Under the pieces are notes generated by a model. The model saw only the letters and a program-made list of their open reading frames with translations, did no database searches and had not been told where the DNA came from. A stretch of DNA of 63,824 bases, taken from a virus (lineage: Duplodnaviria > Caudoviricetes). Below are positions 1 through 7,994 of this stretch, one piece after another. The stretch is taken from the IMG/VR virus record IMGVR_UViG_3300036818_000131, positions 1 through 63,824 of that record; one strand, given 5' to 3'. The stretch's first letter is position 1, and each line of letters starts with the position of its first letter. The translations under genes were made by a program, and so were the position numbers.

Positions 1-323
1 TCGACATGGACATGCAGGCGATGGTCCGGGTCGATCTGGTCGACGGGTGCGAAGATCACGCCGCAGCGGTCCGGCCGCAGTTCCGGCGGCATGCGGTCCC
101 AGGCCTGCCCATCCGGGCCCCCATTGGCGCCACGTGGACCGCGCTGCGACGCCAGCCACGTGCAGACAAAGGCGCGGCACGATTCCGGGCGGCTCTGATA
201 GATCGCGCAGCCGGTCCCGGGTTTGGCGTGGGTGCACCATTTGAGGCACGGCTTCTCGATCTCGCGGACCTCGAGCAGCCGGCAGCACAGCCGGCACTCG
301 CCGCATCCAACCGGCTCGGCCAT
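1..323 (-). CDS. YkgJ-like CxxCxxCC cysteine-cluster protein (runs off window edge)
   Basis: Manual translation, not in the ORF track: MAEPVGCGECRLCCRLLEVREIEKPCLKWCTHAKPGTGCAIYQSRPESCRAFVCTWL...RPDRCGVIF. The CxxCxxCC and C.IY..RP..CR.F.C.W motifs are typical of this family. Confidence 0.75.
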   Translation of the reverse strand, partial: MAEPVGCGECRLCCRLLEVREIEKPCLKWCTHAKPGTGCAIYQSRPESCRAFVCTWLASQRGPRGANGGPDGQAWDRMPPELRPDRCGVIFAPVDQIDPDHRLHVHV

Positions 324-327
324 CGGC

Positions 328-801
328 TCAGAAGAGCTCGCGCACCTTCATCGAGCCGCTCATCACGCGGGCGGCCGCCGGGGCGCTGTCGAGGCTGAAA
401 ATCAGGGCTTCGGAAAGCTTGGCGGTGGGCCGTGCCCGCTCCGGCCAGATCCACTGGTAGCCGTTGACCAGGTTGAAGGTGTCGGCGTGCTTGTAGTCGG
501 CGGTGCCGCCGGTCGTCGCTGGCGTCGTGTCGTTGATGCGGCTGGTGAAGGTCGCTGCCGGATCGGTCGGGGTGTCCGGGATGGGTGTGAACGAGCCGCC
601 GCCGGAACCGGCGCTGACCGTCGCCGGCAGATGCTTGACACTGATCTGCAGGATTTCGACGGCGGTCTGTGTGATCTGGCCGATCGTCAATGAGACGAGC
701 TCGATGGCCATCGAGGCGCCGCAATAGGCGGCGCAGAGATCCTGCACCGCCGCGACGCTGACATTGCGAAAGATGATGTTATAGGTGCGGCCTGCCGACA
801 T
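328..801 (-). CDS. Hypothetical virion-associated beta-rich protein
   Basis: 157-aa ORF with GGAG RBS, co-oriented with the structural genes; beta-strand-rich composition. Confidence 0.6.
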   Translation of the reverse strand: MSAGRTYNIIFRNVSVAAVQDLCAAYCGASMAIELVSLTIGQITQTAVEILQISVKHLPATVSAGSGGGSFTPIPDTPTDPAATFTSRINDTTPATTGGTADYKHADTFNLVNGYQWIWPERARPTAKLSEALIFSLDSAPAAARVMSGSMKVRELF

Positions 802-817
802 TCGTGGTCTCCAAATG

Positions 818-859
818 AAAAAGCCGCCCCCCTTTTGGCGTTAGGACTGGGGGCGGCTT
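818..859 (-). terminator. Intrinsic terminator-like hairpin
   Basis: AAGCCGCCCCC...GGGGGCGGCTT stem followed by a T run on the minus strand; long loop. Confidence 0.5.
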
Positions 860-898
860 GCGAAGGGCTCAGTGAGGGGCGTGGGCGCGTCTAGCGCG

Positions 899-1267
899 TT
901 ATGAATTGATCAGCAGGTAGGGGCGCAATCGGGCCGCAGGGGCAAACAATCCGACGCGATGTTGCGGCTGCCACGGCTGTTGCGGGTCGCCGTCAAACTC
1001 CTCGGGGGCGGTGACGACGCGCAGCCAGATCCACGGCTTGCGCATCGCTGGCGCCGGCGCGTCGATGAGCAGGACCTCGCGCCGGACGCCGCTAACGCTG
1101 AGGCTGCCGGTGCCGGCGCGGATGACCTCGCGGCGCAGCGCGCCGGCGTGCAGGTGGCCGCTCTCCGCGAGCAGCACCTCGCGGGCGACCCCGCCGATGC
1201 GCGCCTCGGGAGTGCTGGCGCGGATGATTTCGCGCGCGAGCCCGCCAGCCCAGGCGCTCGTCGTCAT
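899..1267 (-). CDS. Small virion protein with GG(L/V)xREV repeats; paralog of 4273-5127
   Basis: MTTSAWAGGLAREIIRASTPEARIGGVAREVLL...; ATG overlaps the upstream stop (TAATG). Confidence 0.7.
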   Translation of the reverse strand: MTTSAWAGGLAREIIRASTPEARIGGVAREVLLAESGHLHAGALRREVIRAGTGSLSVSGVRREVLLIDAPAPAMRKPWIWLRVVTAPEEFDGDPQQPWQPQHRVGLFAPAARLRPYLLINS

Positions 1268-2754
1268 TACGAGGCTACTTTGAAGCCCGACGTCGCGGAG
1301 TTGACGGCACCCGCCGCCCACGCCGACCCGGTGTTGGGGTCAGTCTCGAAATTGGCGTCGATCCACCCATAGCTGGTTCCGGGGCTGACGCTGGCGCCAG
1401 GGCTGTCGGTGCCGCTCGATTTGCACTGCATGCTGATGGTGCGCGCACCACTGTCGCTGCGCTTGATGTAGCCTTTGACGACGACGGCATAGACCGAGCT
1501 CGGGTTTGGTGTCGTCAGCGCCGGGAACGAATAGAGATCCTCGTGCCCGCTGGTGCTGTCCGACACATAGCTGACGTCACCGGGCGGCGGGTTGATGTTC
1601 TCCTCGAACCAGTTGGCCCCGGTGCTCGTCAGATTGCCGTAGATGACCCAGGACGGATCCCCGGAGGTCAGCGCGGTCGGCGAAGCCGGCGCGCCCGAGG
1701 CATAGGTGTTGGCCTTGTTCTGGCCGGTGAGAAGGCTGTCCGCCTCCTGCAGCGCGACCGAGGTGTCGGTGATGAAGCCGAGCCAGTAAGCCGTGCTCGA
1801 GGTTAGCGTCTGACCGGAGGAGAACGAGCTGGTCAGGACCGTGCCGCTGACGGCACCGGTGGTCTGGGTGCCGGTCGCGAGCAGCGCGCCCACCGAGCCC
1901 GCGCTGTCGGAATAGAGCACCGATTTGAAGTTGGCGCCGGCGCTGGTCGCGCCCGGGATGCACGCCACCGAATTCAGCACACAGCTCAGCGCTGGTGTCG
2001 TGAGTTTGCGCAGGAACAATTGATTGGCGCCTGGCGCGTTGGTGCCAGATACCCCTTGCGTTGCCTGCCCCAGCACGGCGGCACCAAACGAAAACTGCAC
2101 CGAGCTGTCGCCGCTCGGCAATTGCGTCTCGATCTGCGGGCTGGTCAAGAGCACCGCGTTGTTGGTCGAGCCCGAGGTGTCGAACAGGTAGAGATCGTCG
2201 AACGTCATGCCTTGACAACTCAGCTGCACCTGGCTGGCCGTGCTGTTCGCGCTGGTCTTGGTCGCGCCGGTGCCGCCCAGGATGCTGACCCCGTCGAGCC
2301 AGACTTGGTAGGACGCCGACGATCCGAAAGTGATGTCCCATTCGAGGTAATGGGTCGCGTTGGCCGAGGTGCTTTGGGTCGACGTCGCGAGCGCCGTGCC
2401 GCTGGTGCCCCCGGTCCTGATCACGATCTGTCCGCTCGTGCTGAGCGTGATGCTGCACTGAGCCGTGCCCGCGTCCAGCAAGGTGACGCCACCTGTGGAG
2501 ACGGTCAGGCCCGAGGCGAACCGCACGCCACCGATCAGCCGCGAATAGTTCGTCGCGAGCGTCTTTGTCAGGGTCGCGGCGAGGCTATTCGTGAGGGCGT
2601 AACCGATGGCACTGAGCCCAGACTGGATTGACCACCCGCTGGTGGTGCTGTCGCTCGTCCATTCGGTGAGCAGCGCGGCGCTGATGTTGGCGGTGACCGT
2701 CTGATCGGTCGGCGTCCCATATTTGTCGAAGCCATCACAGAACAGTAGCCCCAT
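1267..2754 (-). CDS. Ser/Thr/Gly-rich virion fibre/decoration protein, ConA/LamG-like; paralog B
   Basis: 495 aa; collinear with 2767-4254 (GFDKYG, HYLE.DITFG, DDLYLFD, EDLYSFPAL, DPNTGSAW). Confidence 0.7.
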   Translation of the reverse strand: MGLLFCDGFDKYGTPTDQTVTANISAALLTEWTSDSTTSGWSIQSGLSAIGYALTNSLAATLTKTLATNYSRLIGGVRFASGLTVSTGGVTLLDAGTAQCSITLSTSGQIVIRTGGTSGTALATSTQSTSANATHYLEWDITFGSSASYQVWLDGVSILGGTGATKTSANSTASQVQLSCQGMTFDDLYLFDTSGSTNNAVLLTSPQIETQLPSGDSSVQFSFGAAVLGQATQGVSGTNAPGANQLFLRKLTTPALSCVLNSVACIPGATSAGANFKSVLYSDSAGSVGALLATGTQTTGAVSGTVLTSSFSSGQTLTSSTAYWLGFITDTSVALQEADSLLTGQNKANTYASGAPASPTALTSGDPSWVIYGNLTSTGANWFEENINPPPGDVSYVSDSTSGHEDLYSFPALTTPNPSSVYAVVVKGYIKRSDSGARTISMQCKSSGTDSPGASVSPGTSYGWIDANFETDPNTGSAWAAGAVNSATSGFKVAS

Positions 2755-2766
2755 TGCCCGGCTCCT

Positions 2767-4254
2767 TTAGGATGCGACCTTGACGCCGGAGGTGGCGCTG
2801 TTGAGCCCGGTTGCGGTCCACGCCGAGCCGGTGTTCGGGTCGGTGTCGAAGAACGAGTCCATCCAGCCATAGGTCGTCGCCGGGGTCGCCGCTGCGGCAC
2901 TGCCGGAACTGTCGGTCGAGCCCGATTTGCACTGCAGGGTGATGGTGCGCGCGCCGGTGTCGGACTTCTTGATGTTGCCCTTGACCGCGACGGTGTAGAT
3001 GTTGTTGGGGGTCGTCGTCAGCGCCGGGAAGGAATAGAGGTCCTCGAACCCGGAGCTCGACGAGAAGACATAGGAAATGTCGCCGGGCGGCGGGTTGATG
3101 TCGGTCTCGTAGTAATTGACCGCGACCCCGGTCAGGTTGCCGTAGATGATCCAGCTGGCCTGGCTCGTCGTCATTGACGGGTTGGTCGGCGGCCCCGAGC
3201 CATAGGTGTTGGATTTGGTTGCGCCGGTCAAGTTGGTGTCGGCCAATTGCAGGGTGAGCGACGTGTCGGTGATGAACCCGAGCCAGTAGGCGGTGCTGGC
3301 CGACAAGGTCGGAGGGCTGGCAAAGGCGCTGGTCAAGGTCGCACCAGACACCGTGCCGGTGACTTGGGCGCCGGTGGCCAAAGCCGACCCGGTCGGCGAG
3401 CCCGCACTGTCGGCGTAAACCACGGCCTTGAAGTTGGCGGTCCCGCTGGCGACGAACGGGATGCAGGCGACGCTGGCGAGCTGTCCGGCTGGCCCGGCGG
3501 TGAATTTGCGCAGAAACAATTGATTGGCGCCTGGCGCGTTGACGGTGTTGGTCGTCCAGAGGGCCGTCCCGAGGATCGCGGCGCCAAAGCTGAACTGCAC
3601 CGAGCTGTCGGCGTTCGGCAACTGCGTCTCGATCCGCGGGTTGCTGTTGAGCACCGCGTTGTTGGTGCCGCCCGAGGAATCGAACAGGTAGAGATCGTCG
3701 GCGGTGAACGCGCCGCCGCCACTCTGACCGAGCCACACCTGGTTGGCGGTGCTGTTCGCGCTGGTCTTGGTCGCGCCGGTGCCGCTCAGGATGCTGACCC
3801 CGTCGAGCCAGACTTGGTAGGCGGCGGACGCCCCGAAGGTGATGTCGACCTCGAGATAGTGCGTCCCGTTGGCGCTGACCGTAGCGCTCGACGTCGCCAG
3901 CGCGGTGCCGCCGACGGCTCCGGTGCGCACGCTGACGGCACCGGTGGTGTTGAGGGTCACCGTGCACTGCGCAGTGCCGCTGTCGAAGAAACCGATGAGT
4001 GCGGCGTTGTTGGTGAGCGGCCCAGCGAACCGGACGCCGGCGATGAGCCGCGAGAAGTTGCTGGAGAGCGTCTTGGCGGCAATACCGCTGACAGCGACCA
4101 GGATCGCATTGCCGGTCGAACTGAGCCCGGCGACGATCGTTACCGAGCCCGTGAGCGTGTTCCAGTCGCCGGCGGTTAGCAGCGCGGCGACGTTGCTGGT
4201 GACCGAGTTGACCGGCCCATACTTGTCAAAGCCCTCGATGAACTGCACGGCCAT
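2767..4254 (-). CDS. Ser/Thr/Gly-rich virion fibre/decoration protein, ConA/LamG-like; paralog A
   Basis: 495 aa; tandem paralog of 1267-2754. Confidence 0.7.
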   Translation of the reverse strand: MAVQFIEGFDKYGPVNSVTSNVAALLTAGDWNTLTGSVTIVAGLSSTGNAILVAVSGIAAKTLSSNFSRLIAGVRFAGPLTNNAALIGFFDSGTAQCTVTLNTTGAVSVRTGAVGGTALATSSATVSANGTHYLEVDITFGASAAYQVWLDGVSILSGTGATKTSANSTANQVWLGQSGGGAFTADDLYLFDSSGGTNNAVLNSNPRIETQLPNADSSVQFSFGAAILGTALWTTNTVNAPGANQLFLRKFTAGPAGQLASVACIPFVASGTANFKAVVYADSAGSPTGSALATGAQVTGTVSGATLTSAFASPPTLSASTAYWLGFITDTSLTLQLADTNLTGATKSNTYGSGPPTNPSMTTSQASWIIYGNLTGVAVNYYETDINPPPGDISYVFSSSSGFEDLYSFPALTTTPNNIYTVAVKGNIKKSDTGARTITLQCKSGSTDSSGSAAAATPATTYGWMDSFFDTDPNTGSAWTATGLNSATSGVKVAS

Positions 4255-4272
4255 CGGCCCTCTCCCTTGTCT

Positions 4273-5127
4273 TTAATAGGCGCCGCCGCGGCCCATCCAG
4301 CGAGCGATATTGGCAATGAACAATGTGTCGCGAGGAGCGATGATCGTCGGCGGTGCCGGAGCCGATGCCGGCGCAAACCGGCGGGTAAACAGCGGCGCGC
4401 CGCTGTCCTCTTGCGCATCGGTCGCAAAAAACAGGCAAGGCTTCTGCGCAATCCAGACGATCGGCGCCGTGGCGAGGCGGCGGATGAAGAAGAGCCAATC
4501 GGGATCTTCTGTCTCATCGAGCTGGCGCAGCCACAGGCGCGGCGGCACTCCCGGCACCGTGACCACCGGCACCACGAACGTCGCGGGCCGGCGGATGAGA
4601 AATGACCGGTCCTCGGCGGTGCTGTCGTCGTCTGCGAAGGCGTGATGCAGCCAGGGCTGCCATAGCGGCCGCGGCAAGACCAGCGGCGTGACCGGCCGGC
4701 GGATGAAGAACGGCCAGAGGTCTTCGGCCTCATCTGCGGCCGTGTGGTGGACCGGCAGGACGCGGTGCTGCCGTGACGGGACGATCGGGAAGGCCCGCCG
4801 GCGAACAAAAAACGGCCAGTCGCCAAGGTCCTCCGGCTCGCGATGGTCGGTGAAGTGGTATTTCTTGGCCTGCCCTGGCGGCACCGGCTGCGCCGGGCCG
4901 AACCAGAAGACCAGCGCCTCGCGGACCAGCCCGTCGATGTAGATCTTGGTCGCCGGGCTGCTGCCGGCGGTGGTGACCAGCGCCTCGCGGACAACCCCGC
5001 CGATCCTCGCCTGGTCTGCGACGTCCTGGACCAGGACCTCGCGGACGACGCCGCTGACGCGCGCCTGCGGGGTATTGGCGCGAATGACCTCGCGGGCGAG
5101 ACCGCCGGCCCGGGCACTCGTCGCCAT
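4273..5127 (-). CDS. Repeat protein with N-terminal REV/REA repeats and C-terminal ED..W.FFIRR repeats
   Basis: 284 aa; four G(L/V)xRE(V/A)(I/L) units, then five acidic-aromatic-RR units. Confidence 0.7.
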   Translation of the reverse strand: MATSARAGGLAREVIRANTPQARVSGVVREVLVQDVADQARIGGVVREALVTTAGSSPATKIYIDGLVREALVFWFGPAQPVPPGQAKKYHFTDHREPEDLGDWPFFVRRRAFPIVPSRQHRVLPVHHTAADEAEDLWPFFIRRPVTPLVLPRPLWQPWLHHAFADDDSTAEDRSFLIRRPATFVVPVVTVPGVPPRLWLRQLDETEDPDWLFFIRRLATAPIVWIAQKPCLFFATDAQEDSGAPLFTRRFAPASAPAPPTIIAPRDTLFIANIARWMGRGGAY

Positions 5128-5130
5128 CGC

Positions 5131-5787
5131 TTATTCGGCGCCGAGTGCGGCTTTCAATTGCGCAGCGCGGTCGCGGATAGCCTGCTCGCGGGCGGCGACC
5201 CGCTCCTCGCGGCGCTGCACTTCCTCGCGCAGTCGCGCAGTCTCCGAGGCGGCGCAGGCCAGGATTTGTCGCGCCTCGTCTTCGGCGGCGGCGCGGATCT
5301 GTTGTGCCGCAGTCGCGGCCTCTTGGCGCTGCTTGGCGGCATCCTCTTGCGCCGTCCGGCGCTCGCCCGCGACGGCCGCCCGCTTGGCCTGGCACGCCTC
5401 GGCAAATTCGGCCTCGGTCTTGGTCTGCCGCAGGATGCGCCCGCTCAGTTCGTTCTCGCGTCCAGCCAGGGCGGTGCGCTGCTCGTCAAAGCTCGCCTGC
5501 AGGCGGCTGGTCGCCGCCGCACCCGCGGCGACATCGGCCTCGCGGCGGCCGAGTGCGGCCTCGCGTTCGTCCACGGCCGCCTTGCGCTCGGTGAGCTGCG
5601 CGCTGCGCGCCGCGGCTTCGCGCTCGGCAACCGACAAAGCCGCGAGCGCGCTTGCGATCCGCACCTCTTCGGCCGCCAGCGCGGCGAGCCGCCCGGCCAA
5701 GGTCGGATCGGCTTTCGCCAAGAGATCCGCCAGCAGCGCCAGCGCCGTCGTCAGTTCCGGCGGCGTTGCGCCGCGCGATCCCATCAT
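5131..5787 (-). CDS. Coiled-coil hypothetical protein
   Basis: Ala/Glu/Arg heptad-rich; likely start MMGSRG after an AAGGGG RBS. Confidence 0.65.
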   Translation of the reverse strand: MMGSRGATPPELTTALALLADLLAKADPTLAGRLAALAAEEVRIASALAALSVAEREAAARSAQLTERKAAVDEREAALGRREADVAAGAAATSRLQASFDEQRTALAGRENELSGRILRQTKTEAEFAEACQAKRAAVAGERRTAQEDAAKQRQEAATAAQQIRAAAEDEARQILACAASETARLREEVQRREERVAAREQAIRDRAAQLKAALGAE

Positions 5788-5800
5788 CGGTTTTCCCCTT

Positions 5801-6115
5801 TTACGAGTTCGAGATGACCGCGACGAGGTCGCCCGGGTTGACCGCGTAAAACCGCGTCTCACCCGCTCCCAATCGCTGATTGCTGGTCGTCGCCATGGGT
5901 GTGGCGCCCGGCTGTGGGCTGAACGCAATCGAGCAGATCGCGTCGGTGTGGATCTGCACAAACCGGGTCTTGCTGGTGAACGGGTCGCTCTGGGTGGAAG
6001 ACCCGGAGATGCCCACGGTCTGCTCGGCCGCGGGCGGCATCAGCGGTGCCAGAATGCCCGCACCCGTGCTGTCGAGGCCGAGCTTTTCGACCTCGGCGAT
6101 GTAAAGCGTCGACAT
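5801..6115 (-). CDS. Small beta-sandwich phage structural protein
   Basis: 104 aa, GAGG RBS; TRFVQIHTDAICSIAF...GETRFYAVNPGDLVAVI resembles small capsid-cement-like proteins. Confidence 0.6.
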   Translation of the reverse strand: MSTLYIAEVEKLGLDSTGAGILAPLMPPAAEQTVGISGSSTQSDPFTSKTRFVQIHTDAICSIAFSPQPGATPMATTSNQRLGAGETRFYAVNPGDLVAVISNS

Positions 6116-6130
6116 GAAATTTCCTCGGGC

Positions 6131-6151
6131 AAAAAAGCGCCCGAAGGCGCC
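6131..6151 (-). terminator. Intrinsic terminator
   Basis: GGCGCC-TTCG-GGCGC-TTTTTT on the minus strand. Confidence 0.65.
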
Positions 6152-6180
6152 TGATGGGAACGAGCTGACGGTCTAGCGGG

Positions 6181-6597
6181 TCAGCTGCCGGTGCCGGTGA
6201 GAGCCGCGGTGTAGAGATTGCCGCTGACCGGCCACGTGATCAGCGCCTGGACATTGGCGGTCCGTGCGCCCGTCGCGGTCGGGGTGAACGTCACAGAGAC
6301 GGTGCACTGCCCGTTGCCGCCGTTGAGCGGGTTGGCCGCCGCGCAATCATCGGTCTCCGAAAAGTCGCCGGCATCGCTGCCGGTCAGACTGATCGTGATG
6401 CTGTGATTGAAAGAATCATCGGCGTTTAACGCGACAACCGTCTGCACTGCGCTCGACGCGCCGACCACGGTCGAGGGGAAAGTCAGCGAGGTCGGGGTGA
6501 ATTGGATCGTCGGGAAAATTGTGACCGGCACGTTTTGGAACGTCTGGGCCATACCCAGCAGCGCCAGACCCAGGCCGAGCAAGAGGCGCGTGATCAT
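6181..6597 (-). CDS. Secreted Ig-like ASH / choice-of-anchor D domain protein
   Basis: Signal-like MITRLLLGLGLALLGMAQ; PTSLTFPST.VG, GSDAGDFSETDDC, CTVSVTFTPTATGARTA, ALTGTG; ATGA overlap with the upstream gene. Confidence 0.75.
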   Translation of the reverse strand: MITRLLLGLGLALLGMAQTFQNVPVTIFPTIQFTPTSLTFPSTVVGASSAVQTVVALNADDSFNHSITISLTGSDAGDFSETDDCAAANPLNGGNGQCTVSVTFTPTATGARTANVQALITWPVSGNLYTAALTGTGS

Positions 6598-7985
6598 GAT
6601 TGTGTCGCCACCAAGGTGAACTGATCGACCGTCGTGATGTTCGTATTGGCAATGCCCGGGCCGCTCGGGTTGATCTCGATCGAACTGCCGGAAATCGAGA
6701 AGATGCCGCCATCGTCGAAATAGGGCGCGCCAAACGCGACGGTGCCGATAAACGGCGAACCATCGCTCATGACCACCGCGAATGTCGCCAGTACCGTGCC
6801 CACTGGCGTCGTGTCGGGGATTGCAAACCCCCCCCTGACCTGGGTCACGGTCACGACCGGCACTGGCGTAAACGAGGCCCGCGCCCCGACGATCGTGCCA
6901 AAAAGCCCGACGATGGCGGCGTCGACCGAGAGCGGCGCATAGAGGCGCAAGCGATTGCCGCGCGCCACCGTAAAGGCCGCGCAAGAATAGCTGCCGGTCT
7001 TCTGCCCGGAAGTGATCGTCAATGTGCCGACGGTCGTCGCGGTACCGGCGGGAGTAACGGACTGGAAGGTCAGTGTGACATCCGCACCGGGTGCCACCTC
7101 GCAACCCGGCGGCGGGCTGCCGGCAAAATTCGCCGCAAAACCGATCGCCACCGGCATCTGGACGTCGAAAATCTCGAAGTGGTTATCCCACTCGTCCTTG
7201 ACCAGCTCGCCGAATTTGCCGCCGACCGAAAACGACTGATACCAGGGGTACGCCGCTTGCCCGCCGCTGCCGGTCAACGTGTAGGGGTATGCCGACGCCA
7301 GCGACAAATCCTGCAGCGCGCCATAAGAGTTGAGCGCCGGAAATTTGAAATAGAGCGTCCGGCCGATCAGGTTGGACTGGAATTTCTGCGAAAATGTCGT
7401 CGCGACAATGCGCCCGAAACTGCTTCCGACGCCGTGCGAGGCGATCGTCGTGCCGTAGCAGCCGCGCCGGATATAGCTGCCGAGATCATAGAGGAAGGCG
7501 CTCGTCAAGCTCGCGCCGGTGTACGCGATGAGCTCGCCCCCACCCGCATCACTGGCGCAATAGCACAAGCTGACGAAATCATCGGCATCCTGCTGCGTGG
7601 CGGGAAGCAATTGCGACTGGCTCTGCGTCAGATCGACCGACAAGGTGTCGGTCAGATCGGGATCGGAGCCCGAGGCGAACGGCGCGCTCACAATCCCCTG
7701 GATGCCGCCAGCGAGGATCGTGCCGATCGACGCATAGGTCGCATTGTCGAGGCTGACATAGACGCCGCAGCCGGCCCAATCGGGGCTCATGCCGGTGGCG
7801 ATGATCCACACCAGGAGCTCGCCATTGGTGAGCTCGGCCGGCGGCTCGAAGATGATCGGCCGGTTGGTGTTGCCGGGATCGACCTGGCCCGAGGTCGCCC
7901 AGCTGAGCATGCCGTTGCTCACCGTCTGCCGCGGATAGAGGAACGCGGTGGCAACACCGGAGGGCGAAATCGCGGACAATGGCAT
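6594..7985 (-). CDS. Tail tip / host-specificity protein, C-terminal half, ending in a cadherin-like domain
   Basis: PIIFEPP, W.GC.VYVS.D, DPD.TDTLSVDL, YIRRG.YGT, IGRTLYFKFPALN motifs of GTA-type baseplate proteins. Confidence 0.75.
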   Translation of the reverse strand: MPLSAISPSGVATAFLYPRQTVSNGMLSWATSGQVDPGNTNRPIIFEPPAELTNGELLVWIIATGMSPDWAGCGVYVSLDNATYASIGTILAGGIQGIVSAPFASGSDPDLTDTLSVDLTQSQSQLLPATQQDADDFVSLCYCASDAGGGELIAYTGASLTSAFLYDLGSYIRRGCYGTTIASHGVGSSFGRIVATTFSQKFQSNLIGRTLYFKFPALNSYGALQDLSLASAYPYTLTGSGGQAAYPWYQSFSVGGKFGELVKDEWDNHFEIFDVQMPVAIGFAANFAGSPPPGCEVAPGADVTLTFQSVTPAGTATTVGTLTITSGQKTGSYSCAAFTVARGNRLRLYAPLSVDAAIVGLFGTIVGARASFTPVPVVTVTQVRGGFAIPDTTPVGTVLATFAVVMSDGSPFIGTVAFGAPYFDDGGIFSISGSSIEINPSGPGIANTNITTVDQFTLVATQS

Positions 7986-7994
7986 TGCGGCCTC

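Noticed and set aside
1267-4254. Diversity-generating retroelement TR/VR pair
   Set aside because: Similarity spans two whole intact genes, differences are not restricted to adenines, and no reverse transcriptase is in the window.
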